This document shows, one piece after another, positions 25,389 to 38,511 of a stretch of 64,000 bases of DNA. The notes beneath the pieces are model-generated. The model saw only the letters and a list, made by a program, of their open reading frames with translations. It searched no databases and was not told the DNA's origin. The stretch comes from Marsupella aquatica (Eukaryota; Plantae; Marchantiophyta). Position 1 is the stretch's first letter, and every line of letters begins with the position of its first letter. The translations under genes and the position numbers were made by a program. The DNA is taken from positions 16,460,645 to 16,524,644 of the forward strand of contig OZ316893.1 in the NCBI GenBank assembly GCA_973895155.1, read 5' to 3'.

Positions 25389-26111
25389 ATGCATACTGTT
25401 GCTCCAGACTCTTATGGCGCTGGGGACCTGCTTGAAGAGCTTAGGAGGCTTGATCCCAGTCTTATTTTGTGTATTGCTAAGATGATTTGTACACCCTGGG
25501 ACTTAAGTATATATAGCTTCCACCTCAATGAGGTAGAGCAGATGATTTATATCCGCTGGGACAGATATGTGAAGTACAGTAGGAATATCATCCTACTCCT
25601 ACTAAAGACCGGTGCTGTGAAGTGTTTCATTCTTCACTGTTGTCATGTGGTCGATGGGAGTCCATTATATGAACCCCACTTTTATGCCCAAAATAGAGCG
25701 GCAGCATTTGAGGAGATCCAGAGTGCCATTGAGGACCTCCCAAATCCGCTTGACACTGAATTCCTCATTGACATTGGCGGAAAATTATATTCCTATCAGA
25801 CTTGACAACTACCCCCTCGACCTGTATGTAGGTTCTTCCCCATGGTTTTTGTCTGGGGTCTATGGACCAGTTTAATTGCAAATGGGGAGGTGTGTATGTG
25901 TTGCATTAATGCCTACTGTGACATTCCATCACGCAGGTATTCAATAGCAGTAGTCGATGAGGATACCCATGAAGTGGAGTTTCATTGGTTATGGGCTTAT
26001 TCTCATAAGGTCACCCATATCCCACGATGGCCTAAGAAGCAGTTCAGGCTAAGGGATGTTGGGGAATCAGATGCAGATTGGGATAGTGAAAGTGAGGACG
26101 AGTTTTGGTAG
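25389..26111 (+). pseudogene. ~240-codon hypothetical protein with one internal stop
   Basis: ORFs 25389-25805 and 25842-26111 share a frame across one TGA; acidic C-terminus DADWDSESEDEFW. Confidence 0.45.
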
Positions 26112-26386
26112 AACTGTCCAAGAATGGACCTGAAGGATGTTTGTTGCATCCTACAATTTTGTAGATTTTGTAGTTTTGGATCAAAGATCAACATTTTGTA
26201 ATTTTTGTGACCAAAGTAAGGTAATCAATGAGACTCTGCTTGCTGGTCTACTTCAGATGTTAAATAACTTACTTTGGTGATTTCTAATCAAAATCATCAT
26301 AGTTTTTGAGTCGACGTTCATGCTCCTTTTGTCTTGTTTGCAGGCCTGTGGGAGGTGGATGTAGAGTGGTCAGAGTGTTTCACAAC

Positions 26387-29300
26387 ATGCCTTCTGCCAC
26401 TGTATTTCAAGTAGACTTAGAGTCCGGAGAACGAAAACCGGTGTCCTCATATAGTTATAGGAAAGGAGAAACCTTTGTAGATGCCAGACAGAAGTTGGTG
26501 GCACACTTTGATTTTGAGTTCCAATTCTTAGATGTCAATCTATCTAGTAGGATGCGCAAGTCATGGGAGGTAGTAAATTCCTTAGACGATTGTGGGGGGG
26601 AAGTAATCATCATCCCCAAAAACCCCAGAGATGCTGCAGACTTGCCTGTCCAGAGTAAGGCAGTTCTGTCACAACAAGTCCTTGGAAGCAGCAATGCCTC
26701 CAATGGGCCTGATATCACAGCCAATGATGATCGTGCTGGTTCTCCCATATTGGAAGAACCCCCACTTGAACAGTCAACACCAGATTTAGCTGGCCCATCA
26801 GAGGAAGCTCACTCCCAGGTCAGTTTGGGGTCAGAGTTAATGACCAATGAATTAAAGAGGACATGGTCTTCATGTGTAGACAAATTTAAGGATCATATGG
26901 AGTCAATACAATGTGCTCACCACAAGTGGAGGGTGAGAACCTAGGACAAAGACAATGTGCCATGTGGACACATTGAATGTTGTGAGTGTGACACTCGCCA
27001 TGGTGTGACAAGGGTTTGATGGATAAGACATCCGTCAATAATGCCTTCACAAATTTCAAAAAGAAGCATATGATTTCATCAAAGCATGCCGCTCGTGTGG
27101 CATCTAACAGGGGTGAGAGGCTACACTCTAAGGAGGTTGCACGGAGGGCCCAAGCAAATACATTGACTGATCAAGCCATACTTGAGCAGCACCTAAAGAT
27201 TGTGCAAAAGGTTAATGAATCTCAGACTGTCGGGAAAGAGACATTTACAGTTTTAGGCGATGTGGAGAAGGACCCCTTGGAGTTACACAAATTCAAACTT
27301 TTGTGCAATTTCTGTTCAGAACACCTTGTGCTCATTCCAAAACAACGGAATTTGGAGCCCAATCTTGAAAGTCATTGTAATAGCATCAGTCATCTAAATT
27401 ATGTCACAAGGAGTCAAATGCCTGCTAGAGGAGAACCTATTCTATTTGGACGGCCTGGAAGACCTCGCCAAGTGGATGCAAGGGATGTCAAACAAAGGAC
27501 CATCCAAGGCTTTTTAACTCGGAGGCCAAGTGGAGGGCCGTCTAGCAGTTCCTCTTGAGTGTCTGCAGAAGAAGAAAGAGGTGGGCACTTATCTCTGTTG
27601 TGTTGGGGTCTTTGGCGTGATGCGGTCAAGTATGGTTCAGAAACCAGGCCTATTAAGGGAATCTTAAATGATCAGCTTAAACTTGAGGGACTTTGGTTTG
27701 CAGAGCCCTTGGTTGTAGAAGATGTGTTCTGTGTAACTGGGCAGGAAACCTATCACATTGAAGGTCTCTTTAGGCACAAGCTTTGCAATAGATTATCAAA
27801 ACTAGGGGGTGGCTTTCAAGACTTGACATGTGAACATTGTTTTAGTATAAAAGGGGAACCCAACTTTAGGCTTAGGGTTGCTAGAGAATTCAAGCCTCTG
27901 AGAAAAGAGGAAGCAGGGGGACTGGGAAGGGTCGTAGGTTAGATTACCTCATGGTTCCCGAGGTCCAGCAACAAGCAAAGTGTTATAGGAATCGAGTTCT
28001 GAGAGAATGAAAGCTACAGAGAATTCTTAGTCATAGATTACTGATGGTTAAGGCCCGTGTCCCACCCATTGGGGAAGTCTGCCTTAATTACCAGGAACCA
28101 AATAAGGCCACAGTGCTGAAGTTTTGTCAATCCATAGTCTTGGCACACAAAAGGGGTGCCTTTGGAGGGAGAGGTGCCCTGTGGGATATGTTGTCAGACA
28201 TAGCTTCGAACCTAAACAAAGAGAAGCAGGGTTACCGATATAAGGCAGGAACAAAGCTTCTCTGCCAAACACTCTTTTTGCATGGTGGGAGGCGCGTTGT
28301 TGATTGCCTTTCCAGTAATGGAATAGGTCCTAGTTTGAACACCCTTTAACAAGATAGGAGAGGGATGGCTGTGTTCCGTGCAGGAATTCATGCGTCTCAA
28401 TTCAAGTTCATCGCCAAAGTGTACTCACAATTAAAGGATCGACTTGGCATATGTGGACCGATTCCCTGTTTTATGGCAGAGGATGAGACTGTAGTGAAAA
28501 AACCGTGAGGTAATTACTATCTCACTTCATAACCTTTGGGTTGATGTACCTGCTGTTGTATATTTGAATATGTACACCAAAAAGGCAGCAACCTAAAAAG
28601 TCCTTCACCTTACGTTTGCAGATGGCTGCCAAAACATGATACTCTTATTGGGTTTTGTGGGAAGAGAACTGAAGGCCACCAATGTGTAGCAGGCTTGGAG
28701 GTGAAGGTGGGGGAGGGAGAAGCTGGGCTGCCATCGTCGATTCTTTTGAGAATTTCCGTGTAGGGAACCTAGCAAGGTGTATCATGGTCAATCCATTGGT
28801 TGTAGGGCTTCCTCACTTGGCTGTAATGGGCGATATAACATGTAATAAGTTTGATGGCCCTTGGGTCAGGCGCCAGTGGGACAAAGTGGAATCTCTCTGG
28901 ACAACTCATTGCCTGGAATCGGTGGGCCCTCTATTGGGACATGCCAGTGATGGGGATTCACGAAGGAGAAAGCTTATGTTGGAGGATTATAGTGGGAGAG
29001 GGATTGAGGGGCCAAGGCAAAACCTGGGTTGGGAAGGTTGGCAGCTGACTCACTCGATTACGACTACTGCCCAGGCCTCTGGAGGCTATGTTGTAGGACT
29101 CCATGATCAGGATTATATCCATAATGGGAAGAAGCTAGTGAACCCACTTGATTCAAGTGCCAGGATTTTGAAACTAGGAGCAGGTGTTGCAACCATAAGT
29201 CACTTGATACACTTAGAGGAGTTATATGAGGTGGCTCAGCATGGCTTGAACAAAGAGGACATACGTCGCAGAGATCGGCAGAATTGGGCAAGTGCACAAC

Positions 29301-30970
29301 GACTTTGTAGTCGTAAAGTCAGTAATTCTTTGCGACTGCTACGAGACAGAGCAGATGCTAGGGTTGAGCTTACACTTGGAATAGAGGTGTACATTAGGAT
29401 ATGTGCGGATTATTTGGACATTTTTCTTAACACTCAGCTCAGTTTGCGCGAGAGGATTGTTCTCTATGGGAAGGTGGGATTCTTTTTCAGGCTTTGGCGT
29501 CTATGGTGTTTTCATGGGAACCACTCAGTTGGGGGTAACACACACCCTATCACCTTCACCCATAGCTGTATCCCCATGCAAACATTCCTTGACATTCAAA
29601 TGTCGGTGCATTTTGTTGTTCTTTTGATAATCCAATTCAGGGACAAATTCCGAGATCTACCTGTACCCTTGCATTTGACTGGGTCAGATTCTTGTGAGCA
29701 GTTTTTTTCCAAAGTTGGGGGCATGAGGGGCAATGAGCAAAGCTATGACATATCAGAATTGGTGGAATGTGCTACTAATCTGAACCGGTTGGCTGCAATG
29801 GATTTGACTGAAGGAATTATGGGTGTGGGGAAGAGTCATAAAAAACACTCAACCATTTGGATGGGACTGCACCCAATAGAAACTGGGGTTGATGCAATAG
29901 CAGATCAAGCAAATTATACAGGAATCAAAACAAATGCAGAGGTTATCATTGCTTTGCAGGATGGGTTGGTATTGGCCCAGAGTATTGCAACTGAGTGTCA
30001 AATGAACCCTTCCACATCGGCCAGGGACAAGGTGTGGTGGACTTCACCTTGGACGACTGAGGCGAAAGGGGCTAAGTATGGTGGATGGTGTGATGTGAAT
30101 GTTGAGTCATTAGTTGATGTGGATGAAGGTTTGGATGATGAACCACCACCATTAGTACAGCCTGTTGTCCCAATGGAACAGACTCCTGAGGAGATTGCCA
30201 TGTTTTTAGATCCAGAGGTAGTGGATGCTAGCGCTGCAATTGAGGTTACCATGGATGCAATGCATTCTGACTTGGTGTATGGTGCCCCTAGACAGGAGTT
30301 TAAACCAACGGTATCTTACAAAGACAGGAGTATCTACAAAAGTACCCTGGTGAGCCAATTAGTGGGCAACCCACACCTTAGTAAGGACCGTCTCACTCGA
30401 GTGAAGCAGAGTATCTATTTCAACAATTTAGTGGATAAACCAAATGTGCGTGAAGGATCTCCATCCATGTTTATGACAGTTGGAAGTGACTGTGGAGTAT
30501 TTTTTGTTGATGACACTCCTCAGGGTAGAACCACTCGAAATACAGAGGCCATAGCTCGAGCAATGAAAGGGAAGGGGCATGCCAAGAAGTCAACCGATTC
30601 TAAAAGGCCTAGAGGTGAAGCTGTCACAATGACTTCAGTTAGAGGAGTGAAATATAAGTGGTGGATTGGACGAGTCCAAAGCATCCACAGGAAATATGGG
30701 AACAAGATCGGAAGATCAAGGGAAGCATTGGATTTGCTTGATAGGCCTGGTACTGAATCATGTTGTGAAGTGAGGTTCAATTGGTTTACTCCAATCGGGG
30801 CAACTGGGTGTAAGTTTAAGTATGATATGTGCGATCCTAGCAGCATTCCGTTGGAGGCTATCATTTCAACAGTGAGCTTTACTGTAGATCCATTGTACCC
30901 AAAAATCTTCATATTACATCCTGATGATGTAATAGCTCTTGACGATTTTGTAAAGAATAGAATAGTTTAA
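26387..30970 (+). pseudogene. P-element-superfamily-like DDE transposase with N-terminal C2H2-like fingers and a C-terminal BAH-like region; intron 28510-28621
   Basis: Motifs in P-transposase order: AEDET (D1), GHASDGD (D2), QDYIHNGKK (DxxH..K), DRQNWASAQRL, GSDSCEQFFS (E). The GT...AG intron joins ...TVR|WLPKHDTLIGFCG. Several stops and frameshifts upstream of ORF 28682-30970. Confidence 0.7.
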
Positions 30971-32166
30971 TTCATTTTCGGTAAGCACTTACCTTTCATA
31001 CTTCTATCCGTTTGTTAATTATAGTTAGTCTGTTCTGTACATTTGAATGACATGTAGCTAGTGATATTTATGAGCCTCTTACTCAAGTACATATTACCCA
31101 TATGAGTGCTATTGCTATTGATATGTGTTTTGGGGATCTATTGTTGGGTCAGGTAAATCCAAATCATAGCGTGCAACATTGTACCAGCAGAGTTGGTGCA
31201 GCCCGGGTCTCAGGTTGTTGTGAAATCATGGGATCATCACAATTTTTCATGAGAAAGGTCCACATTAGGAGAGCTTACCCTCCTGTGCGGCCTTCAGTAC
31301 ATAGCAGAAGGCAGCCTATGATACTCCGAGACCTTAATGCAAGAATGAAGAGGACATCTGCCTCTGATCCTGGGATGAACTCAGTCAAGGAGGAAGTAGA
31401 AGTGCAGCTTGGTGATAATTCAGTGAAGAGCTCGACGAAGGGGAGCCGAATGCAGGGCCTCAATGGCAGTGTAGTCATGAGTTGTTGTGGTGATGATGTT
31501 TGTTTCTCAAGTGATCCTGTGAAGCCTGAGCAGGCGGCTGAATCCTGTCCAAAAATGAGTGCTTATGAAGTTGAGGAGTCCAATATTATGGCAGCAGGCG
31601 TGCCTGCTGCTTTTCTTGATTACATATTTTGGCCTGTATTGGGGCCTGTACAATATTATTCTATTCATGAAGCTGATGATTAGTGTTTTGAGTATTGTTT
31701 TGTGCCTATCAGTGTGCATAGGTTCCATGCCTCTTAGTGTAGCACCTGCTTAGCTCCAGTGTTTCTGAGGGGATTGCAATGGAGCTCTTAGCTATCCAAC
31801 CAGTATTATAGGTAGTAGTATAGGTAGTAACAAAAGTCCTCCATATATGAGGAAGGCATCAATTACACTTTTGTTATTGCCACAAGGCTGTATCCTAGTG
31901 GCAATAAGTATGCCACTAATAAAAACCCTACTCTCAGTACTTCAATCATGCGTTTGATGTATGGTGGCATTTTTTTTTACTAATGAATGAAGGGTGTTTA
32001 AAATTCATTTTTTCACTAAATTATAAGAATTCAAAGGGCTCAAATTATTCAGTGAAAACATAAATTTATAACTAACAAGGGAAATATGAAAAGTCCAAAA
32101 AATTCTAACAAGGGGTACTAGGGGGAGGCTTGATCTCAAGGGGGTTCACTTAATTTACTAGGAGTG

Positions 32167-35100
32167 AGGGCCCAGGGAGCTGACCCAAAAGCTCTTGAAT
32201 AAACAGGTCCAAGGCCGAGGGTGTACACTACAACGGAGCCCGGCTCCGCACTCGCCCAGCAAGCTTAGTCCTACCCCCTCCCCTTGGTACTCTTTCACTC
32301 GCAGAGGTCGGGACTCCCCGCACATACCGCGGATGTCCAACTCCGAGACTAAAAACCCCCTACCTCTACCAAGGGGTGCACTAAATACTAAGGGCTGAGG
32401 ACCGGAGCGGCCTCACGCCCGTAGATTTGCTAACTAAGATCCTAACTAAGCTGGCTGTCAGACTGGAAAATGGCTTGTCTTATTAGAAGATCCTAATCTA
32501 CGCAAGCTGGACAGTATGGCAGCGCCGCTTTAACTAGGGCAGGCGCTTGTCCCTATAGCCCGATTTAGCTACTCCTAACTCTATTTTAATCCTAATCCAC
32601 CACTAATGTGTGGCGCACTTGCCAGAGCTGCCCGAGTGGGAGCGGCTATCCCGCTGCCTCCTGAGCCTGTCAGTATCCTGCTTGAGTAGCTGGACCTGGT
32701 CCAGTAGAGATTCGTTCTCATGCTTTGCCGCGTCCGTCTCTTCCGCGGCTCCTGACATGCCTCCTCTAGTTGCTGGACATCGCTCGTCAGCTTATCCACC
32801 AACTGGGCCTGCTTTGTGGCCTCTCCCTGAAGCCGTGCTACCTCTGTCTTCAAGGTGTCAATCTTGGCTGCATCCCGTTGAGATCGAGAGTCAGCTTCCT
32901 CCAAATCCTTTTGCCAACTGACGGCTTGTCCCTTCAAACCGTCAATCTTGGTCCAGAGTCGTGCAATCTTGGAGTCCTTTCCGAGCCCGGCCTGCTCTGC
33001 TAAGGCTGCCCGGGCCCTGGCCTTGGCAACCTGATCCTTCGTGGCTGTTACCTGAGGTCGCAGTTGCTAGAGTTCAGTCTCCAAGGTTGTCACTTTGTCC
33101 TTCAAGTAGGCAGACTCAACCCGGTATCACTCTATTCTCTGCGCTATCTCCGCCTGCGCATGTCCTGCCTTCACAGCCGCAACCAACTCCTGGTTGAAGA
33201 AGTAGGCTACCTTCCGTGCCATGTATTCTCCGGTATCCCATGAGATCTGTTGCCAAAAATCTCCCAACAACCCGTTCAAAAATGTGCCCGACGCAAAGAG
33301 TTCCGGATGGTCCAGACTATGTCCATCTGGATTTGGGCACGGGCAGACCCCAGCCCGCAAGGGAGTAGGAGTGGAAACATCCAGCCCTTGAGGTAAGTTG
33401 GTCAAAGGGACTGGTTCCTCCGTGCGGTCCTCCTGCACGGCCGTGGGGGGTGGCGGAATCTCCTCAGCCACCGTAGTGTCGAGTACGGGTCCGGCCTCAG
33501 CCGGCCCGGCTTTGATTGCGTTGACCCGGTTGATCGCTTCCAAGGTCACGATAACTGCGTCCATGGGTACGCTTGGTGGGGCGGTAGTGGCTGGTTGCGG
33601 CACCGGAGAAGTAGGTCCTGCGGCTGCCAGGCTTTGTGCTTTGGGCTGTGGTTGCCTCTCCTGAGCTAGGAATACCCACTTTGACGGAGTCAATTCCGTC
33701 TTGTTGCAATGGGGAAGGCTACGGCGGTCAAAATGGGCGTACCATTCAATGATAATCTCGATGTGGCTCGCAAAGTATGCCTTTCCGCCAATGTACAAGG
33801 TCTTCCTTCTCCGCTCCATCTCTTCGTGGAACTTTTTAACGAAGAAGGATGCCCACTTCCTAGGCCAAAAGTTCTCTACTTGTATGACCTGGGCAGCGGA
33901 TATTTCGCCCCGTGGTTCCATCATATGGAGGGCATACCGCTGGAACTCCAGGCGTTCAGCTACCTCCGGGATGAGGCACGTCCTCATCAAGAATCCGTTG
34001 TCCATAGCCCCCCTTGGTCGGGAAGCTAGCAGACAAGCTAGCAGACTGGTATTTAGCTCCCTGCCCCCAGGAGCCCGCGACTCTACCTGGTTTATCCCCT
34101 CGGGTAGGCCAAAAATCACCTTCAAACGTGCCTCATTGAGACACATCACTCTCCTGTGCGCTTGGGTTTGTTGGCGGGCCTCGTCAAAGTTATGGATGAA
34201 CTCTGTCATATCCTACCCGTAGTACCTGCTTCCATTCCAAGGGAGAGAGGCGAGGTGTTCAAACCCTTGGGTCTTCAGATAGCATGCATGCTTGGGGTGG
34301 AGGATGTTCTTGTGAACATTCTCCCCCATGTGATGCATGGTCAGCTTGGCCACTGCAATCATGGCCAAAGGCAACCCCGATATAGCTGCGGGTTCCTTTC
34401 TCTTTCTACCCCGAGACTGATTCCCGGGGTGATTAGAAGAGGGGGACATCTCTCCTTCCTCCCGGTCAGGCAGTGGTAGTGCTACTGCCGTGAGTATTGG
34501 TGTCGGGGCCGCCAGAGTCACCGTGTTATCCCCTTGGGCTTGCCGGAGTGGCGCTGGGTTGCTTGGCGCCTGTTGAGTCATTCCCCGCGGCCATCAATTC
34601 AGAGGAGGGTGAGCTTCCTCGTCTTTGGAGCTAATATTTACCGCATTCACCACAGATTGTACTCGGAGAGGTGGTGCGACTAGTGGTGGGGATCGGCTTG
34701 GCTAAGGCCGAGGCGGTGTTGGTGCGGACACGGATTGGTGGGCGCCAGTTGCAGCTGGCGGAGGTGTCATTAGATTCAAGTAGTTCCTGGGGAAGTCGAG
34801 TGATGTTAGGATGGGAGTCTCACTTGTTTGAGCAGGCCAAACTGACAATTGATGGAGGCTTGAACCCGGGCGGGGATATGGTCGTAATGGTGTGGCTGCA
34901 AGTCTATTGTGCCCGGGAGATGGTAAACCTTGTCCGGAAGCCAAAGAAGGGCTTCCCAAAATCCAACGTATTTCTCATCGACAAAGAAGTATTCGCTGAT
35001 TTTGTCAACTCGGCAAAGCTCACTCTGGAAAGGGAGGGCGAAGTCGTGATTATAATGATTTCGACCGGCTAAATGAATGGCTCTCTCGTAAGCTTGTTCG

Positions 35101-35668
35101 ATCTCGTATCGGCGTGGGTTGACTTCGGCTAAGGACTTGGCTAAGTGACTTCCCACGGATAGGAATTGCAACCAAAATTGAAGGGCCAAACTGGACAATA
35201 TCATGACAAACATCCAGGAGTGACGGTGGGCTACTAAGGAGGAACAAAGTGGCAAAGCTGGCGCGCGGAATGGAGTGTGAGTGTAATGCAAGAGAATGGC
35301 CCTCCTTTTATACTCTGAGGGCTCATCGTCCGACCGGCCCCTCCTCTCTTCCCATAGGCCGAGCTTTTCACGCTCCCACTATACTGGCCACTTGCGGGTC
35401 CGGTTCAAAGCGTGTCAGCGGCCGCCTTCAAGAATTTTGTTATACGGACCCGAAGTGTCCCCTTACACGCTCGTAACCCGAGAGTACGAATGGCGCTCTG
35501 CCGCCATCCCAAACGTAAATGTCCCTTACTAACTAATGATTCCCTAGTCATAAGTACTACCTACTTAGTGTCGTTATGCTAATAACTATGGCCTACGGTG
35601 CCCCTAACAAGCGTGCTACGCACGGCTAGGCCGAATCAATCATTAACCGCCGTGCTGGTGGCGTCACA
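32167..35668 (-). mobile_element. Diverged LTR-A family copy (A'), 3'-truncated, inserted in the LINE
   Basis: Minus strand starts TGTGACGCCACCAGCACGGCGGTTAATG at 35668 and is colinear with 18101-~21630. No PPT upstream. Confidence 0.85.
32603..35213 (-). pseudogene. LTR-A' accessory ORF (frameshifted)
   Basis: Pieces 34806-35291, 34213-34581, 33127-34209 and 32581-32937 match the LTR-A protein (LKTQGFEHLASLPWN, RLEFQRYALHMMEPRGEISAAQV). Confidence 0.85.
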
Positions 35669-37748
35669 ACTACAATAGTGCATGCTCTGTCATAAAGATT
35701 CTATCTGTTTGGCACCAGACCTCAAAATCCTGTCGCATTCTCCTTCCAAGAGAGAAGTAGCACCAAGTAATTGAGTGTGTTTCCGGCTAGAGCCTACTGA
35801 AGCGATGACACCAAACAAGTGATCTAAAGTCTCACAGATAGCTGAAATTGGATTGAAGACATGCTTCCGAGCAAGATCAAAGGTCTGATCGTTCCTTGCT
35901 AGCCAGATGGATCAAAGAATCTCATATATCATAAATGCACGTAACGTACATAGAGGTGATCTCCATTGGAAGGACAGAATCAAGCCAACATATTAGTCAT
36001 AGTCTGGCCTATAAGCTACCCATTCAGCCATCCTCTTACCTCCTCCCAGCACCTGGTTGCATGCTTGCATTGAAAGAAGAGATGTGGAATGGTCTCCACC
36101 ACCCCACATTGTAGTACACAAAATCCATCAGACTTTGCAATCTGCAAGGCTGTAGAACTAGAGAAAAGGCCCTGTGCAATTATTCTCCAAATGAAAGTCT
36201 TTGCCCTAGAAGATAAATCCGAGGTCCACAATGCTTGCCAGACCTCACTCCATTCATGAATCGAACAAATAGGGATATGCTCCAGATCCTGTTGAGTCTA
36301 AGGTAATCAGATCCCTTACTACGCAATAATTCATAGATTCTGTGATTAGGTAGTGCAAACGATTTAAGCTGAGAATCTACATCATTCCAATGCCACTTCC
36401 TTGCAGGTGAATCTAAAGAGTTTTCATGGTAGGTAGTTCTATGAATTGCATCAAAAAAAGCTAGGCAATAAGTCCTATTGGTCTCATCTAATCCACGCAG
36501 ACGTTGCATCTTCTCAGTGAGGCTCTTCCAAGCATGAAGGGGAGAACACCAGAAGTCTCGGACCTTCTGAATGCCTAACCTGCCACATACCATAACAACT
36601 ACAGACTGTGTATCTTCTGAGAGGTCATAGAACCCTTGTAAGCAATGGAGCAAGTCCTCCACTCCCCAATGTCCCGGGATGCAACCTGTACCCGGGTAGA
36701 AGATCAGATGGCTCCTCACCTGCTCCCAGGCACACCAAATCTGTCCAGTGTAGGCGAGTTTACCAAAGGAACGAGGGGTGCTCAAAATTAGTTTATTCTA
36801 CAATGAGTAATAGTTCCTGCGTATAGTCTTGAAGTTGCGCCATTTTGTCAGTAGTAAATTGCAGCATACATCTTAGACCATTCAGCCTCTGGGTGATCCA
36901 AGGCTCCACTGAACCACTTACTCAATAAGGCATCAGAATGGCTCCTGAATATCTTCAGGCCAAGACCCCCATCCACCTTGGGTCTGCAAAGTGTGTGCCA
37001 TGCCACCAGTGGTATCCGCTTCCCTCCCTGCTTGTTCGTGCCCCACAAGAAGACATGACTTAGAGCAATCAATTTCTTAGCTAAAGAGGTAGGGGATTTG
37101 AGAAACATCATATGATAGATAGGGATCTCCTGTAAGACATGTTTAACCAACAATACCCGGCCCGTGAATGAAAGGAGCCGAGTAGCCCAGGATGAAAGTC
37201 TAGCACTAATATGGTCCAAGCAAAAACAATGTAGTTGTGCTTCCAAGAGGCCAGAGCCAAAAGGTGCCCCCAAATATTTGTGTACCTTGCCTTCCCTGCT
37301 GATCACACAACCCATGCATGTTCCGTAGCCAAACTGGGATCTCCTCCAAAGCAAGGGGCACCACAACTGACTTGCTCAGGTTGAGCTTAGCACCCGTTGC
37401 ACATTCATAGCAGCTGATAGCACACCAAGCTTGTTCAAAGGCCAATGAAGTGGCAGGGATGAAGAGACCTAGGTCATCAGCAAATAACCTATAGCAGATG
37501 TTTAGTGACGCAGAGACTTGAATTCCTTGTAATTGGCATGCTGCAATCTCAGCTTTGAGAAAATCCATAAGAGGCAGTGTTGAGATTGCAAAAAGTAGAG
37601 GGGAGAGAGGGCAACCTTGACGTACCCCTCTACGCATCTGAATGTCATCAGTCCATAAGCCATTCACAAGTGCCTTAGAGCAAGCATTGCTAATAAGAGA
37701 TCGCACCAGGAAGATAAAATGGGAGCCAATTCCTAATAAATACATTGT

Positions 37749-37932
37749 TGTTATAACCCCAAAGGGTTTAGTCTCCTAACCTTGGATTAATCTCCTAACC
37801 ACTATGTTAATCCCCTAATACTTAGGTGATTAACCCATAGGCAATTATACCAACCACCTGGATGTACCACCAGGCATGTACTTATATATCTTGGAGAAAC
37901 GAGGAAGAGTTGATGTTATGGTGTATTTAACA
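37749..37932 (+). repeat. Copia 5' LTR
   Basis: TGTTA...TAACA; 4 substitutions relative to the 3' LTR, counted by eye. Confidence 0.93.
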
Positions 37933-37945
37933 TGTTATCAGCACG
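37933..37945 (+). promoter_or_regulatory. PBS (half-tRNA-iMet type, as in Bianca-like Copia)
   Basis: TGTTATCAGCACG lies directly after the 5' LTR. Confidence 0.65.
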
Positions 37946-38511
37946 AGAGAACTCAAGGGATTTTTTTTACAAAGATTCTTCAGCCATCACCTCATAATTT
38001 TTAATCCCTACACAAGCAATTGAAGGAGAAGACATAGCCCCGATAGATTTCCCTGTCCCCTCCACCCTCAAACACTTTGCCAATTGGGATCCCAACCACG
38101 GGGAAAAAGAATTCCCAAATCACACACAGAAAGGCGGAACCCAAGAGATAAGGCGCGTGCGATCATAAGCCAACATTGATGTACCAGAAACCAAAAACAA
38201 AGCCCAATCCAATTGAGATAGACATCAAGTGAGAGGAACCGAGGCCAACATTAAAGCACACCATCAACAGCTGAGCAGGGGACGGGAAAGGAGAACGATC
38301 TGACAACGGCAAAACACCAAGAGACAATAGGACATACGAACAAATGCGGACCCAACCGGCCATAAGATTTGCATCCCTGAACCCATCTATCACTCTGCGA
38401 TTCTCAATTCAAATTCAAGATCCAATATACCAAACCGGGATTTATTAAATAAAACTCTAAGGAACAAACAGAGGGAGCAAGCATACGAGCCACCTCTGAA
38501 TTCAATCTGAA

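Larger units (their letters stand above)
24441..32166 (+). mobile_element. Decayed DNA transposon with P-element-like transposase; left end uncertain
   Basis: Transposase at 26387-30970. The AT-rich 3' region ends ...AATTTACTAGGAGTG and abuts the truncated LTR-A' copy. No TSD found. Confidence 0.55.

Noticed and set aside
31102-31683. 193-aa ORF downstream of the P-like transposase
   Set aside because: No recognisable motif, and no second copy is available to test coding constraint.
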